This document shows, piece after piece, positions 6,308-7,991 of a stretch of DNA of 7,991 nt. The notes beneath the pieces were generated by a model. It did no database searches, was not told the DNA's origin, and saw only the letters and a program-made list of their open reading frames with translations. The stretch lies in the IMG/VR virus record IMGVR_UViG_3300011226_000007; one strand, 5' to 3'. Source of the DNA: a virus (lineage: Duplodnaviria; Heunggongvirae; Uroviricota; Caudoviricetes). A program made the position numbers and the translations under genes. The first letter of the stretch is position 1. Every line of letters begins with the position of its first letter.

Positions 6308-7366
6308 TTACGCTCCGGTTTCTGCTGCGGCGGCGCTGAAGTCGCCAATCTGGATGTTTTCCACCAGTGCGGCGCAGCGGTAGTCCTCAACCACATAGGC
6401 TTCGTTAACGGATTCAAAGTTTTCAATCCGGTCACGTTTCGGGTTGTCGATAACTGAACGGCGACGGGTGTCTTCCTGCCAGTAGATGGACAGGTTATCC
6501 AGACGGGTGATCAGCAGTGCATTCGGCGGGAAGAACGGCGCACGCACGGCCTGCAGGCCCCCCATGCGCTTCTGACTGATGATCATATCGGCAGCCAGTT
6601 TTTCACTGTTTTCCTGCTCTTTGTTGACCAGCGGGAAATACTTGTCAGACAGCAGTTCACGCCCGCAAATCACCACCAGATCGTCATCGTCCTGGTAGAC
6701 CACGTCGATAAGCTCATTGACGGCATCCATCACCACTGCGTCCAGGTTGGCATATTCGCCACCTTTCCCGACTTTCACCGCACCCGGTGTGGTTTCACCG
6801 CCCGTGGTGGTGCTGCCCATGACGTGATCCGGTGCATCCTCACGGATTTTCTGCAGCCAGCCTTTATTCACATCCTGCAGCAGCGGGTTTTCGCTACGGT
6901 TGGAGGTTTTCGCACGCTTCACGCCGTTAAAGCCGATCATGATGCGGTCCAGTGCCTGACGTTTCACGATGGCGTCACGGATACGCACCTGGAAATCCTG
7001 AAACTTCGCCCACAGGTCCAGCTTCGCGTAGGTCAGCACCGTGTCAAAGTTGGTCTGCTCGCATTTATATTCCACATCGACCATCAGCGTCGGATCGACA
7101 GGCTCACGCTCTTTCGCGGTGGTGTCAGTGGTTCCGGCAATGGTGCTGCCAACACCCAGCCCCAGCAGCTGACCGGACTGCTCAGTCACTGGCGTGACGT
7201 TAATCAGCGTCAGGAAAGCGGCGGACTGCTGGATCTGGTCTTCCAGCGTCTGCTGTACAGACGGCTCCACGGTGAATTTGCTGGACAGTTCTTCAACTGC
7301 CACACCGTTCAGACGCGCCAACTGCTGCAGGTAAGCGTTAAAAGCAAAGCGGGTATTCTTCTTCAT
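6308..7366 (-). CDS. N: Major capsid protein N
   Basis: 352 aa; MKKNTRFAFNAYLQQLARLNGV...SIYWQEDTRRRSVIDNPKRDRIENFESVNEAYVVEDY resembles P2 gpN (about 357 aa). ATG 7366 with RBS GGAG upstream. Confidence 0.92.
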   Translation of the reverse strand: MKKNTRFAFNAYLQQLARLNGVAVEELSSKFTVEPSVQQTLEDQIQQSAAFLTLINVTPVTEQSGQLLGLGVGSTIAGTTDTTAKEREPVDPTLMVDVEYKCEQTNFDTVLTYAKLDLWAKFQDFQVRIRDAIVKRQALDRIMIGFNGVKRAKTSNRSENPLLQDVNKGWLQKIREDAPDHVMGSTTTGGETTPGAVKVGKGGEYANLDAVVMDAVNELIDVVYQDDDDLVVICGRELLSDKYFPLVNKEQENSEKLAADMIISQKRMGGLQAVRAPFFPPNALLITRLDNLSIYWQEDTRRRSVIDNPKRDRIENFESVNEAYVVEDYRCAALVENIQIGDFSAAAAETGA

Positions 7367-7413
7367 CAGGTTTTGTGCTCCATCAGCAATTGGTCAGAGT
7401 GTCAGCGGGGGCG

Positions 7414-7991
7414 TTACCGCCTGNNNNNNNNNNNNNNNNNNNNNNNNNNNNNNNNNNNNNNNNNNNNNNNNNNNNNNNNNNNNNNNNNNNNNNNNNNNNN
7501 NNNNNNNNNNNNNNNNNNNNNNNNNNNNNNNNNNNNNNNNNNNNNNNNNNNNNNNNNNNNNNNNNNNNNNNNNNCACGCTGGCGGTAGTCCTGGCGGCTG
7601 TCTTCATGACTCAGCTTATTCACCAGTTCGTTAAAGGCGGTCTGCTGTGCCTGCAGGGCAGTCTCCAGCTCAGACAGACGTTCTTCCTGCTCAGACAGGG
7701 ATTTTTCGGTGCGTCCGCTCAGGTTCTGCTGCTCAGTGGCGACCAGCTCCACGGCCTTATGCACATCAGAGAACCGGGCATCGTCTGACTGCTCTTTTTT
7801 GGTGAACAGCGCCGTGACGCGGGCAAACAGGGACGGTTTGTCGTCCTGGACTTCTTCCAGTTCGATCACCGTTTCCTCTGCGGCGGTAAAGAGATTGGCG
7901 GGATTCTGCTTGCGGTTTGCCAGCGGGTTATGGGCTGCACTGGCGCTGAATGTCAGCATTTCCGTACCCAGACTGGCGGGGTCATCAATGG
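7414..7991 (-). CDS. O: Capsid scaffolding protein O, partial: N-terminus beyond window end, C-terminus obscured by a 151-N run
   Basis: Track ORF 7414..7959 begins at an internal Met; the frame stays open upstream to the window edge (...IDDPASLGTEMLTFSASAAHNPLANRKQNPANLF...), resembling the middle of P2 gpO. N run at 7424..7574 covers the 3' part, so the stop at 7414 is provisional. Confidence 0.8.
   Translation of the reverse strand, partial: IDDPASLGTEMLTFSASAAHNPLANRKQNPANLFTAAEETVIELEEVQDDKPSLFARVTALFTKKEQSDDARFSDVHKAVELVATEQQNLSGRTEKSLSEQEERLSELETALQAQQTAFNELVNKLSHEDSRQDYRQRXXXXXXXXXXXXXXXXXXXXXXXXXXXXXXXXXXXXXXXXXXXXXXXXXXXRR
7424..7574. other. N run (151 nt) covering the 3' part of gene O
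   Basis: Directly visible. Confidence 1.

Larger units (their letters stand above)
1..7991 (-). mobile_element. P2-like prophage late region (capsid, terminase, lysis, tail completion, baseplate genes) with an inserted cargo cassette
   Basis: Collinear minus-strand order O-N-M-L-X-holin-K-lysB/lysC-R-S...V-W matches the P2 late gene map; translations resemble P2 gpN, gpM, gpL, gpX, gpR, gpV, gpW from memory; stop/start overlaps (ATGA, TGATG) typical of phage late operons. Window is internal to the prophage, so no att sites or integrase are seen. Confidence 0.9.

Noticed and set aside
5314-6457. Plus-strand ORFs 5314..5679, 5609..5815, 5649..5978, 5698..6135, 5975..6193 and 6194..6457
   Set aside because: Antisense to L, M and the end of N; Arg/Ala/Ser-rich compositions typical of reverse frames of GC-rich genes; several cross N runs.
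6824-7788. ORFs 6824..7588 (+), 6952..7197 (+), 7375..7788 (+) and 7383..7607 (-)
   Set aside because: Antisense to the major capsid and scaffold genes, or made up largely of X residues from the 151-N run; no independent support.
1-7991. CRISPR arrays, tRNA or rRNA genes, integrase or att sites
   Set aside because: No direct-repeat/spacer periodicity, no tRNA-like cloverleaf candidates and no recombinase-like ORF were seen; the window is internal to the prophage late region.

Overview
The window is the late (morphogenesis and lysis) region of a P2-like prophage of an enterobacterial-type host, read on the minus strand: O (5' end off-window) - N - M - L - X - small 2-TM holin-like gene - K (SAR-type endolysin) - lysB/lysC spanins - R - S - [cargo] - V - W (3' end off-window). 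Gene calls rest on protein-family recall from the supplied translations, plus start codons, RBSs and stop/start overlaps I checked by hand; no database search was run. Between S and V, where P2 carries the dispensable orf30, sits an AT-rich cassette (about 30% GC against about 55% in the phage genes, estimated by eye) on the opposite strand. It encodes an ABC-type ATPase (Walker A GGNGCGKTS, coiled-coil insert, LSSG signature-like motif, Walker B IVFIDEID, H-loop TTHS), translationally coupled to an HNH nuclease (CxxC...H...CxxCN), followed by a hairpin terminator. This architecture matches a Septu-like (PtuA/PtuB-type) anti-phage defence module carried as prophage cargo; the proteins may be a divergent or undescribed variant, which I cannot test here. 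Five N runs interrupt genes; at least two of them break the reading frame of an otherwise continuous gene, so they are placeholders of unknown length. Most other ORFs in the track are antisense shadows in GC-rich phage genes.
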